Part shown: piece after piece, positions 38,500 through 51,066 of the stretch | How the letters are laid out: each line of letters opens with the position of its first letter | How positions within the stretch are numbered: the stretch's first letter is position 1 | Source: Octopus sinensis | Taxonomy: Eukaryota | Assembly: GCF_006345805.1 (NCBI RefSeq) | Contig: NC_043009.1 | Location: 56,668,001 to 56,732,000, forward strand | Direction of reading: 5' to 3' | DNA: 64,000 nucleotides | Position numbers and translations under genes: made by a program | The notes under the pieces: model-generated | What the model was told of the DNA's origin: nothing | Database searches by the model: none | The model's input: only the letters and a program-made list of their open reading frames with translations

Positions 38500-38718
38500 T
38501 ATATCCTATCACCTTTAAACGGAGTCTGGACAGATTTCTTCAAGGAATACCGGATAAGCCACCCATATCTGGATACAACTCACTCAACAAGAACTTACTA
38601 CCTGAATGGACTATAAACAAAACTTGACTTAAACAGGATTTAGATAATCCTATCAGATGGTGCTATTAAGTTAGACATGGCCTGGACCAATTTGGGGTTG
38701 AAACATATCTAAGTTTAT
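38500..38718 (+). mobile_element. CR1-group LINE 3' end
   Basis: PITFKRSLDRFLQGIPDKPPISGYNSLNKNLLPEW (cf. FKxxLDKFLxxIPDxP). The tail TATTAAGTTAGACATGGCCTGG recurs at 46525, followed by (TATCAAAG)n. Confidence 0.7.
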
Positions 38719-38884
38719 GTACAGCCGTATCGGTATATATATATATAAAGAAATTATGTTGCAGTGTACCTATATGCTGTGATCCTGAATTGGGCAGGGG
38801 ACATACGGCCTGGAAGCTGTAGCTCGAAACTTCACACACATACACATACACATACGTACGCACACGCACACACTCGCACACACA

Positions 38885-38928
<44 letters not shown>

Positions 38929-39149
38929 TCGAGTATTGCCATCTCCTGATCGAAAGTCCCACACATACGTAGGCTACGACCAGCCATTTTTGTGACAAGT
39001 CTTACTTTTCTTTTCAAGTGATGCCTGTACATGATGATTTTTTATAGTAGAGAAAGGATTTGCACAAATCCAATCCCACTCTCTGACGATATAAACTCGA
39101 AAAGAAGAACTAGTCTACTCCATCGAATATTGTCAGTGTTGCAGCTTTT

Positions 39150-39492
39150 CTCTCAGAGTTTCCCTCTCCTAGAGAATTGTTGTGTAACAGTAGAGGGGCC
39201 TCCCACTTCCAGTGGGAAAACCGAGCGCCTGGACATTAATCCAGGTGTTTCCACGTTCCTGCGTACACATATATGCTTACATACATACACATGTACACAT
39301 ATTGTTGGATGACTGCTCATGAGTTCTTCCGCTCGTTGACAGATCTTATTTTTCGTCCTGTAGAGTGTGCAACAATCACCCTCCTCACCAAGCAAGCTTG
39401 ATGGGGTTGCCAGTCTAGTTGCCGACAACACGACCATGCAACAGGTTGTACTGGGTTACATGTTACCAGTAGCGCCCAATAGCGACCTGACA
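39150..39492 (-). mobile_element. RTE-clade 5' UTR fragment, copy 1
   Basis: Minus strand contains TCTAGGAGAGGGAAACTCTGA, an RTE/Expander 5' UTR motif as I recall it. Homologous to 39890-40122. Confidence 0.5.
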
Positions 39493-39889
39493 TACATACA
39501 TACATGACAGCTGCAACTCGATTTCAAGCAATACCATCGCTTAATTGCTCCCTTAAACATGTGCAGCGCAAATGTGGTTTCCCTGTCCTGTTATGGACCT
39601 CTACTCTGTTGCACTGATGAAGCAACGATGGGCGCCACCTGTAGCAGGTATTCACAGATCTCACCGCTCATTCAGATAATATGCCTTCATTTCATCATAG
39701 AATTTTTTCGTTGAATGTTTTGCATTTTCAGCTACGCAACACATAATAGAGATGTTAAAAATCAAGCAACACCTGTGCCTGAAGCCTTTTAAATTGAGGA
39801 AAGGCTTCTCACATGGCCAATTTCATTCTCTAAGCAAAGGGTTTATTTGTTCAAACAGAACTAGTTTACATTTTTGGATGCAGGTATCA

Positions 39890-40122
39890 CATCAGAGTTT
39901 TCCACCTTCTATTGAGCTGTCTAAACAAAAAAAAAAAGTGTTCTTACTCCTGGCTGTTGCACGGTTGTTGACTCTACTGAGTTCATCCTGCAGTTTGTCC
40001 AATAAAAGCCACCCTCATTACCAGGCAGGCTTGGTAGGGTTGCCGGGTTAGCCGCCGACGACCCGACCACTCGACAGGTTGTACAGGGTCACATGTTACC
40101 AGTAGCACTAAGAGTGACATGA
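39890..40122 (-). mobile_element. RTE-clade 5' UTR fragment, copy 2
   Basis: Shares ACAGGTTGTAC.GGG.(T/C)ACATGTTACCAGTAGC with copy 1; both end at the same position next to a microsatellite. Confidence 0.5.
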
Positions 40123-40136
40123 CATATATGCATATA

Positions 40137-40213
<77 letters not shown>

Positions 40214-40232
40214 TTACATATATACATATATA

Positions 40233-40269
<37 letters not shown>

Positions 40270-41070
40270 TGTGTATATTACACACACACATACATACACA
40301 CACACAGATACACACACATACGCACAATTACACCTAAACATATCAATATCACATACTTAATGTAAGTTTGTTGATAAGCGCTTGCAGATGCGGTATTCAG
40401 ATACGATTTGGCCTAATTAAACATGGATTAAACCTTATTTTCCGCTCTGCACTGGTGTTAAGTAGAGGTCACCCTAGATGTAAACTTTATAGCCATATCA
40501 GATTTCAACATGTCCCCCATCACATCACTCGGTATCTTAAACTAGCAACAAATAAATAAATTAACTCAATTCGCTGCGAAACACGCTTGTTGAAGGACCC
40601 TAAATGAAGGTGCACAGAAGATTATGCTGGGTTTCGTGAGCACTTGCACGTACTCTGTGCTGCAGAAACACGTGTCGGTCATTGTAACAAAATAATAATG
40701 TTGTATGACCAACTGTAAAATTAAAAGGAAGAAAATTTGATGATGTACCTGTTTCCGTATTGTTTATAATTATGAACAGGAATGCCTAAAGCCAGCATTT
40801 AATCTTTGCACACACAGACACCCACCCAAATACCACCCCCCACACATACTTACTTATACACATACATTATCAATATCACATACTTAATGTATATTTGTTG
40901 ATAAACACTTGCAGCAATGGTATTTCGTTCTGAGTTGTGAATTCCGCCGATGTCGACTTTGCTTTTCATCCTTTCGGATCCCAGTGCCACTGGGGTCGAC
41001 GTAATCAACTTATCCCCTTCCTTAAAACTGCTAACTTTGTGACACAAAATTTGAAACCAATATGACACAT

Positions 41071-41316
41071 AATATTCTTTTATTCTTTTACTTGTTTCAG
41101 TCATCTGACTGCGGCTATGCCGGAGCACCACCTTTTAGTCGAACAAATCGATCCCAGGACTTATTCTTTCTAAGCCTAGTACTTATTCTATCGGTCATTT
41201 TTGCCGAACCGCTAAGTTACGGGGACGTAATCACATCAACATCGGTTTTCAAGAGATGGTGGGGAAAACACACACACGTACACACAAACATATACATACA
41301 TACATACATACATACA

Positions 41317-41379
<63 letters not shown>

Positions 41380-41540
41380 GACGGGCTTCTTTCAGTTTCC
41401 GTCTACCAAATCCACTCACAAGGCTTTGGTTGGCCCGAGGCTATAGTAGAAGACACTTGCCCAAGGTGCCACGCAGTGGGACTGAACCCGGAACCATGTG
41501 GTTGGCAAGCAAGCTTCTAATCACACAGCCACTCCTGCAC
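41071..41540 (-). mobile_element. SINE family A, full length
   Basis: Near-consensus match to 6-482. Confidence 0.92.
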
Positions 41541-42707
41541 GTTGTTAAATTCTAGCCGCAGTATTTCGTCCAAGGGAGGTCTCTTTAAAGATGTATGGTG
41601 CTAAAAAAGGCTACTTCAAAGAAGAATGGATCGAGAAAGAGAGAGACAGCGGGTGGGAGTAAGAGAGAAATATTCTTGTGGAAATAAAATTCCAAGAAAA
41701 CAGCCTTCATCGTTAACATTTGCAAAGTCTTTTTTTTTTTCTTGTCTCAAGGGTTTACTACGTATTGCAGAAGAATTCATGAGACTCGATAAATCCCAAT
41801 GCAAGGCTGGGTGTTTACAATATATTAGCAAAATAGATTTTGATAAATATGACAGCCTTTCTTTCGGGATATGTGAAAAATAATTTGATTTTACTTTGAG
41901 ATTAAATACTTTAGTATCGTCACAGAGAGATTAATTTTCATGCTATCACACAGTGAGATTAATCAGCAAATCATCGCAGTTTTATTATAGCCAAAATTTG
42001 TACGTAAGAGGTGGAAAACTATTTATATATCAAAAATTCCCTGGCCTCTTGCCTCCACAATTTTACGAAATATTCTTGTGTAAATAACATTCCCAGCGAA
42101 CACAGCCTTCTTCGTTAAAACTTTCAAAGTTTTTTTGTCTCAAGGGTTTACAATAGAAGGGATTGAGGTTACAGTAAATGGAATAACTGACCCAAAGTTC
42201 GATAATATGCGATAATTTTCTGAGAATGATTAACAACCAAGACAAACAAGATGGCGATTATAAAGTCATCGTATTCACATACTGACAGAAATATTATAGA
42301 GTTCTCGCTGCAGTATGTTTATACTGTGATATGATTAATGCGTATCAAGCAACCTGACGCCACAGATATTATGTTTCATACGGTCGAGCTTATAGAAGCT
42401 CAAATAATGTGACATTCATTTTCATTTCGTCTTTAACCTTTGTTCTTTAATCATTTCTTTCAGATCGTTTAGTAACATACCTGCTGCTTAGCAGCTTAGC
42501 GCCAAGTCAGCCCTGCTGGTGTAGATTTATTAGTAAATGCATTCCAGCAGAGACCATCCTGTTTGTTATTGTTGTTGTCTTTTGTTTTTTGTTCTTTGTT
42601 TTGCCTTTCTCAGTTATGGTGTATTAACGGCGAGACCTTCTGATATGTCGCTCACTTTTTAAAACGAAAAGCTGTGATTCGACTGTTATTTCCAGTGAAA
42701 CATAGAG

Positions 42708-42848
42708 CAGTCATGGGAAAAGTGAAGCCCACGGGACTTTGTGAATGGCACACCTAACGAAAAATTACAATGAATTTTGTCAGAAGTGCTGCTTTAGAAG
42801 TGCCATGTTTCATGCGGCCCGCTTCTTGAAAACGCTTGCACAAGCCTG
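42708..42848. mobile_element. hAT MITE with 8-bp TSD
   Basis: CAGTCATGGGAAAA...GCCC / GCGGCCCG...TTGCACAAGCCTG; TSD ACATAGAG / ACTTAGAG. Confidence 0.65.
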
Positions 42849-42959
42849 ACTTAGAGGCTGCCAAAGTACCTAGTATTCAGTAGTTGTCGTTGTTTGACCC
42901 ATGATCAACTCCAATAAGATGGTTCCAAAGACAACACATTGTTTTTAATTTTATGTAGG

Positions 42960-43345
42960 ATTCTTTTACTGTTTTATTCTTTTACTTGCTTCAGTCATTA
43001 CACTCCGCCTTGAAGAATTTTAGTCGAACGAATCAGCCGTAGAATTTATATATTTTTTTAAGGCTTTGTACTTATTGTGTCGGTCTTTTTTATTTTTTAC
43101 CAAACCGCTAAGTTACGAGGACGTAAATACACCAACACTGATTGCGAAGCAGTGATGGGGACAAAACTCAGACACACACACACACACACCACACACACAC
43201 AAACCTAGGACGGGTTTCTTACGGTTTCTGTCTACTAAATCCATTCACAAGGCTTTGGTCGGCCGGAGGTTACAGTGGAAGACACTTACCCAAGGTACCA
43301 CACAGTGGGACTGAACCTGGAATTACGTGGTTGAGCAGCCTATGT
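42960..43345 (-). mobile_element. SINE family A, diverged
   Basis: CCGCTAAGTTACGAGGACGTAAA...CACAAGGCTTTGGTCGGCC...CAGTGGGACTGAACC. Confidence 0.82.
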
Positions 43346-43611
43346 GGCAGTGTTTCTTACATGGAAGGGACTGTAGGGAATGGAAAGTGTAACTGAAATT
43401 GCCATTCTTTGATAAAATTCGATGACTTTAAACTTTTGAACTTGTCCAAGACCATAGCGAAGAAAGAAGAATTAAAATGGCTGCAAATTCTGTTTTGATT
43501 TCTCATTAATAACAAGTAAGGAGGAGTATTAACATTTCGCATTTTAGCAAGGCCGGATTAAGACCCATAGAGGCCGTAAGCACTTAAAAGATTTTGGTGA
43601 CCCCGTGTATC

Positions 43612-43805
43612 CTTTTATTTGTTTCAGTTATTTGACTGCGGCCATGCTGAAGCACCGCCTTTAGTGGAACAAATCGACCCCAGGACTATTCTTTGTAAGC
43701 CTAGTACTTATTCTATTGGCCTCTTTTGCCGAATCGCTAAGTTACGGAGAGGTAGTCACGTCAACATCGGTTGGCAAGCGATGGTGGGGGGACAAACACA
43801 CACAT

Positions 43806-43856
<51 letters not shown>

Positions 43857-45478
43857 CGACGGGCTTCTTTCAATTTCCGTCTACCAAATCCACTCACAAG
43901 GCTTTGGTCAACCCAAGGTTATAGTAGAAAACACTCACTCAAGGTGCCACGCAGTGGGACTGAACCCGGAACCATGTGGTTGGTAAGTAAACAAAGGAAA
44001 TTCTTGTGTGGGAGTTGACACCTCCCAAAAAATATTTAAAAGAGCTGGAAAGGAAGACCGTGGTGTTGAGGATCTATTCGAAGTCGCTAGACACCATAGC
44101 CGTCTTCCCAAAGGCCACTATTTTGAACGAGCTGGCGGACTACATGCCAGCCGTTAAATTTATCTCACAGGGAGTCAAATATGCAACGGTCTGGTTGCTA
44201 TTTGACTCCCCACAAGAAGCTTGCGACTTTGCAGGCCAGCCCCTTGATGGCAAAGAAATATTATTCTTGCCAAATTACATGGGGAAAAAGCTATTAAAAG
44301 CTTGGATCTGTGGCCTACCACCCGGAGTTGAGCCCGAGTGGATAGAGGACTCTATCCGCCGGGGTCTGAGTGGTAGCAGTACCAAGCTGCTGAGTGTTAA
44401 AATGTTGCCTGCGGCTGATTGGGAGGGGTCGAAAGCTGTTTTGACCCTATGGACCCAATCAGCCGAAAGTCTGGTTTTTCCAGATTTCTTGAGGATGGCC
44501 GGGTCCAGGTATCCGGTGATGCTTGAGGGACGCCCCCCCCCCCCCGCCAAGTGTCACTGTGCCTGGAGACCGGCCAAATTAAGAAGAACTGCCCCAGGGA
44601 CCAAAGTAGGATCCTGGAACAGTTAATGGTGGAATCTCTCCCTGCTCCCCCAATGGAGGGAGAGAAACAGAACGAGGAAATTGCTACATCCTCAAAAAAG
44701 AAAAGAAAGATGAGCAACAATGGTGACCCACCGAATGACCCGGGAGCTGCGGGAGAAATAGAGGACCCGTTGTGTGCAACACAGGAACCTCACCCTCCCG
44801 CGGCCCAGGGAAAAAAAGGTAAAAAAAGAAACGGGACGCCGCCGGCGGATTGTAACACGCAGACGGCGCCTCCCAAGTCTCCTCAGGCGGGTGTGCCGCC
44901 GGAGGATCAATATGTGGTCCTCTTCCACAAAGGAGGAACACTTGAAAACGAAATAGGGAAAATGGAAAGGAGAGGCCAAAGGGAGAGACTTCGGTCCTGC
45001 ACGGAGGACCCTGAGTGGCCTTCGCAGGTGGCTGCGGAGGTCCTATGGGATAGTGATCTGTGCAGGATCGTGAATTCCTTCCCGGAGGACTCCTTTCAAT
45101 TTATACCTGCATGGTACGGCCTGACAAAGAATGATTGCCTCAATGAAGCAAGAGCGCTGGTCGGCCGGGTGACTTGAACTTTTTGAATGTTTTTAAACAA
45201 AAAATAGAACATTGCATCATATTGAGAAAGAGGTTCATTGCCTCATTGCGACTTTTGTGAAATTTTGTGACTTTTTGATTTTTTGAAAAAAGAACATTGT
45301 CTTAGAGAAGCGGAAGTCGGCGGGCGCTTTCGTCTTCTCCCATCACCATCTTTGTTCCTTCACCATCATTCATACCATCAATGTTTACGTCCAGCCCGCA
45401 AAGCTACATCTATGTACTGCATTCATGGCAAATTTAATGAATAAAAGTAATCTACTTACCACACAGTCACTCCTCCGC
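43612..45478 (-). mobile_element. SINE family A split in its tRNA-like head by a 1.45-kb insertion
   Basis: ...GGAACCATGTGGTTGGTAAGTAA (43990) resumes as TCTACTTACCACACAGTCACTCCTCCGC (45451). Confidence 0.9.
43991..45444 (+). mobile_element. ORF1-only non-LTR retroelement (Tx1/L1-type gag-like ORF, one frameshift, no RT), 5'-truncated
   Basis: Reading frame open from the first inserted base. ORFs 44006-44626 and 44551-45177 join into one protein with ...PVMLEGRPP..KC/SLCLETGQIKKNCP (CCHC-like knuckle) and a Lys/Pro-rich tail. ~265-nt 3' UTR ending in AATAAA. TSD AAGTAA (43985-43990, 45445-45450). Visibly GC-richer than its flanks. Confidence 0.78.
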
Positions 45479-46732
45479 TTATGTGTAACTCAAAATATAA
45501 ACGATAACAAATCATAAAATAAACTGTTATTTTTCAAAATGAAAGAAACCTAACAGTAAGATGGAAAATAATGTTTATTTTTGTATGCATCCACTTTATT
45601 TCTATTTGAAAATCTTTCTCCTTGCTTTTAATTGCGAAGTATTTGATAAGATCCTCACTATGACACCATGAACACTTTGAAATTATATTACCAATCATAT
45701 AAACAACTTGGAATAACTATTTTAGCAAGTTTAAAGTGATTTCTTTAGTGCTGTAAACCATTTACCATTTCTGTGGTGCCCCTTTTCCCTTGATGCCTTA
45801 AGTACATACTTATTTTGCTTAATGGTTAATCCAACGCCGCATTTTAGTGGAATAGGGTGGTTCTCTGATATCGTCATTTTGAGAACCACTGATCTAATAT
45901 ATCATATATTCCGTTCTTATGTAAGAGAACTGGGTGCGGTCTCAAGGACACACAGCTGCTATTTCTTGCACCTACGCAGATAGTTCGTATCGGTTGGTGC
46001 TGAATAGTTTAATAGGTGAAATGAAGGACTCAGAATATTACGTATTCTTAGGTTTATGCAGTTTAGACGTCTGTGTTGGCTATAATTTCTTTTCTTATTC
46101 TTTTTTTTTTGTTTTTTGCTTCTTTTTATACAACTCAACATCATATTTACGTATTTTAATATAAAAACAAGACATCACCCATCTCTACGTCAGACTGAAG
46201 CTACAAACTCAAGTGTTCAGTACCTCGTGACACCTGACTGTCAAGGTATTCATTACCTCATAACACTTAATTGTGTACATAGATGCATACAAATATATAT
46301 ATATATACGCACGCGCACACGCACGTACACACGCACGCACACGCGTTCACACGAACACACACACATACATATGAGTCTCTTGACTTAATGGTACAGACCG
46401 CTCAGTCAGAATTTGAGAACAAGGTTCGATTCTCTGTAGAGGCTAGCTGGCCAGTTTTTTTTTACCGGTGTTGCTCCAGCTGGGCCACAACCTTTGGGCT
46501 GAAACGTATAAAATAATAAAAGAATATTAAGTTAGACATGGCCTGGGCCAATAATGGCCGAACCTATCAAAGTATCAAAGTATCAAAGTATATATATATA
46601 TATTATATATATATATATATATATAATATAAAGTTAATCCAAACAAGAAAACACAAAAAAACAAAAAACACAACAACGCGAGGACGAGATACAAATAAAG
46701 TATTATTGGACGCTCAGGAAAGAAGGAGGGTT

Positions 46733-46782
<50 letters not shown>

Positions 46783-46787
46783 CTTTA

Positions 46788-47190
46788 CAGGCTCTGGCAT
46801 AGCTGTGTGGTTTTAAGAAGCTCGATTAGCAACCAATTCTTTTGGGTTCAGTCTCAACCTGTAGTACGTTGGCCAAGTGTCTTCAATTGCACCACCCGTT
46901 TGACCAATGCTTTGTGAGTGAATTTGGTTGTCGGAAACTGTGTGGAAAGCCATCGATAACGTATACACATATATACACATGTGTGTGCATGTATCTATGT
47001 TTGTGTTTGTACCCTCACCACTGTCTGACAATTGGTGTTGGTTTGTTTACGTCCCAGCAACTTAACGTTTCGGCAAAAGAGAACGATAGAATAAGTAACA
47101 AACCTACTTGAGTCGATCTGGACGTAACCCTTCAAGACGGTACCCCAGAATGGCTGCATTTCAATGAACGAAACAGTTAAAAAATAAAAG
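46788..47190 (+). mobile_element. SINE family A, diverged
   Basis: GGGTTCAGTCTCA...CAAGTGTCTTC...TGTGAGTGAATTTGG...GTTTCGGCAAAAGAGAACGATAGAATAAG. Confidence 0.8.
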
Positions 47191-47637
47191 ATTAAGATGC
47201 AGAAGAGAGAAGAGAGAGAGATAGAGAAAGAAAGAGGCAGAGAGGCAGAGAGAGACTCAAAGAGAGAGAGAGAGGGGGGATATTGTGTTTGTTTGTATGT
47301 GTCTATAGGTAGTAGTGCATACGTGCGTGTGTTGTATGTATGTATATGAAGATGTGTGGTAAAGGTGTTGGGCTCATAATCATAACGTCACGAGTTTGAT
47401 TTCAGCATAGGGCAGAGCGTTGTGGCTTTGATGAAGGCACATCATTTTACATTCTTCCAGTTCACTCAGGCAAAAATGAGTATCACGTGAGTGCTGGGAT
47501 AGCGCTCTTTTCCTCCAACAGTCACGTCCACGATGCTCAATGAGTCAAGAGAATGAATGTTTGTGTTGGTTTTCGCTTGCAAGTGACGGCTAAGCTGATG
47601 TGTGCGTGTGCATAAGTTTTCGTGTGTGCATGTGTGT

Positions 47638-47910
47638 GAAGGTGCGTGACCCAGTGGTTAAGGCGTTGCATTCACGACCAAGCAAATGTGTGTTCGATTT
47701 CCCCACCGAACAGCGCATTGTGTTTTTGAGCAAAACACTTAATTTCATGTTGTTCCACCCCACTCAGTTGTAGACCGGTACCACTGGGTTTGGCTAACCT
47801 TCTAATCAGCAATGTTCGCCTGCTCTCCTAGCCAGCAGGGTGACATCATTCGAAAACTAAAGCGATGCAAAGCGCATTCTAACTAGCAATAATCTGGTCG
47901 GTCACGTGAT
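47638..47910 (+). mobile_element. tRNA-derived SINE family C (CORE-like body)
   Basis: GAAGGTGCGTGACCCAGTGGTTAAGG...GTTCGATTCCCC then TTGTGTTTTTGAGCAAAACACTT. Related pieces at ~16530, 21897, 47350, 54569 and 61587. Confidence 0.7.
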
Positions 47911-48122
47911 ATATATTCTTTTATTTGTTTCAGTCATTTGACCTCGGCCGTGCTGGAGCACCGCCTTTAGTCGAACAAATGGACCCCAGGACTTATTTTT
48001 TGTAAACCTAGTACTTATTCTATCGGTATATTTTGCCGAACCGCTAAGTTACGGAGACATAAACACACCAGCATCGGTTGACAAGCGATGGTGGAGGGAC
48101 AAATACAGACATACAAACACTC

Positions 48123-48155
<33 letters not shown>

Positions 48156-48330
48156 GATATATATACATACATACATACACATATAAATATACGTCTACCA
48201 AATCCATTCACAAGGCTCTGGTCGGCCTGGGGCTATGGTAGAAGACACTTGCCTAAGGTGCCACGCAGTAGGACTGAACCCGGAACCATGTGGTTGGTAA
48301 GCAAGCTATTTACAACACAGCCGCACTTGC
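47911..48330 (-). mobile_element. SINE family A, full length with internal deletion
   Basis: Matches 6-482 and 41071-41540. Confidence 0.88.
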
Positions 48331-48502
48331 AACAGCATTAAATTAAAGAAATAACGTATATATCAGTTATAAAGTAATGTGCAAAAATAGAATGGCACTA
48401 GCTTAAAAGCGTGTTTACAAATCAGAAACAATGTTTTTTTATTTACTGGTTTCTATATTGGAAACAAAGATCCGATTTAGCTCAGAATGACTATACATGT
48501 GT

Positions 48503-48545
48503 GTCACTGAGGACGTTAAATCAAGGCGAATCACCGGTGTCTGGC
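48503..48545 (+). ncRNA. Degenerate type I hammerhead motif
   Basis: GTCA-CTGAGGA-CGTTAAATCAAGGC-GAAT-CACCGGTG-TC-TGGC: palindromic stem III and GUC triplet, but GAAA is mutated to GAAT and stem II is damaged. Confidence 0.5.
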
Positions 48546-48883
48546 GGTCTCCTAATGTCATTCTGATTGTGATGTGACTTTTAATGCATAAAGTCTCTCA
48601 AAAGAAGTCTCTCTGACACAAGCATAATTATATTAACGCCGATTTTACCTCTTCCTTTTTGTTTTTTTCGACTGTCCATTTTTTGATGGCTAGCTTGATG
48701 ATTCATTTATACTTCTTGCGGCCCTCATTAAGGTAACAAGGACCTGGTGATTAGCTAAGCTGCATTCTACACGTTATTATTTACGTAACGAACTTTAGCT
48801 TGTTATGAAACCAATTATAGTCCTTAACAATCGTAACAGAGTTAGTTGCTAAACCGTAAGCCGTATGGACACAATCTACTTAT

Positions 48884-48943
<60 letters not shown>

Positions 48944-49403
48944 TACGTGTGTATATATACAGTGAATATATATATATATATATACTGTATATATATATGT
49001 ATGCATGTATGCATGTATGTATGCATGTATGTATTGTATGTATGTATGTATGTATGTATAGGAGCCATGATTTCACATGAAACGTGTACAAGTAGAAAAT
49101 GCACAAGCGATAAATACGTACGTATAAGGAATCATTTTGTGAAAAATTAATTTGTCTATATGATTAAAATTGCATGTATCTGTGTGGTAGCTTGGGGTAA
49201 GGCATAACATCTGTATTGAGAAGGAGGGGCAAACGAGCCCTGGTGTACTGTAAAACTTTTGGAAACGTTCGGCACCGAAGAGTTTGGCACGCATCTAATT
49301 TGAGAATAGGACTGAATACCCGGACATATGTATCCGAATTCCTGCAAGCATATGTACGAGTGTGTCTGTATGAATGGTTTTATACATTCATACACGCACA
49401 CGC

Positions 49404-49475
<72 letters not shown>

Positions 49476-49579
49476 GCACGCACGCACAAACGTTTACTGG
49501 AAGCTGACTGAATAATGATAATCTACCCGGACCTCTAACTCGTACACGAGCCGTCGTACATCTAAGTATACCCACAAGC

Positions 49580-49614
49580 TATAGATAGACAGATGGATAG
49601 ATAGACAGACAGTC

Positions 49615-49665
<51 letters not shown>

Positions 49666-49745
49666 TGAGTGGATGGATGGATGGATGGATGGAGGGAGGG
49701 AGGGAGGGATGGAGGGAGAGCTAGTTAGATAGATAGACAGGTAGG

Positions 49746-49841
<96 letters not shown>

Positions 49842-49870
49842 GGGTGGGTGAATGGAGGGAGGGAGGAAGG
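49580..49870. repeat. Compound (GACA)/(GGAT)/(GGGA)/(GATA)n microsatellite
   Basis: Directly visible. A similar minus-strand tract is at 63268-63390. Confidence 0.95.
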
Positions 49871-50420
49871 GAGTGATAGATTGATATAGATATTTGTGCG
49901 TATGTAATTTATCTCGGTTTACGTATATGTGTGCATGAGTGTATATACTTGTGGGTGTGTGCATATGTGATATGTGTTAAATCTAATTTTTGTCCACCCG
50001 ATTGACACTGATTTGGTTTTTAGTGTTTACAAAATATGCATTTAATCTGCTACCAAAGATTATTTACATTAAAAGCCTTAGTAGATAATTAATAATGTGA
50101 CATGAATACATTTCTACTTTATATACGCATATAAACACACATATATATATATATATACAATACCCCTTTGTATATGCTTACATACATATTTAATAACATT
50201 TCTCTTCAAACTTAGCCCTGAGAATTTATCTAGACTAAATAAAACGTATATATCTATGTATGACGAATGCATTTTGTAGGCATGCATATGTGCGCATATT
50301 CACCCTATCTCTTGGTTAATCGCTTGTGAGATAAATAGGGTAGAGATATAATACGTACAGAAGCCCATCATGTGTACTTAAATGCATACACGCGCGCGCA
50401 CACACAGAGTGCGTGTGTAT

Positions 50421-50820
50421 TAGGTGTGGCTGTGTGGTAAGAGGGTTGCTTCCAAACTACATGGTTCTGAGTTCAGTCACACTATGTGTCTTCTATAGCG
50501 TCGGGTCCTCTACTATATCTTTGTGAGTGGAATCGGTTGATGGAAACTGAATAAAGCTCGTCGTGTGCGTTTGTGCGTGTGTGTGCGCGCGCTAATGCGT
50601 GTGCATGTGTGTATTTGTGTTTGCCTCCCACCGCTGCTTGACAACCGGTGTTGGTGTAACCTAGCGATTTGACCTAAAAGATCGATATAATAAGTACCAG
50701 GCTTTCAAGAAAAAGTACTGGAATCAAGTACTGGGATCAGTCGACTAAAAAAATGTCAGGCGTTGCCCCAGCATGGCTGCAGTCTAATGACTGAAGCAAG
50801 TATAAGCTAAAAGCAAAAGT
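50421..50820 (+). mobile_element. SINE family A, diverged
   Basis: AGGTGTGGCTGTGTGGTAAG...GAGTTCAGTCAC...GCATGGCTGCAGTCTAATGACTGAAGCAAGT. Confidence 0.8.
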
Positions 50821-51010
50821 ATGTATTTCAATATACCTTTATATTATTGATAGAAAGTGCTCAATAATATAAAATGACAGAGGAAATAATGCAACCTAAT
50901 ATATCATAAATAATGCGCAATATCCTTTACCGAGTGCGTGTAGGAATATTACATTGTATGCAATAGCATACACGCATACACTCGGGTGGATAGGCGGCCA
51001 GATAACTATA

Positions 51011-51066
<56 letters not shown>

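Larger units (their letters stand above)
43548..45839. mobile_element. hAT MITE (outer layer of a triple nest)
   Basis: Imperfect TIRs CAAGGCCGGATTAA / TTAATCCAACGCCG; identical 8-bp TSD CATTTTAG at 43540-43547 and 45840-45847. Confidence 0.75.
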
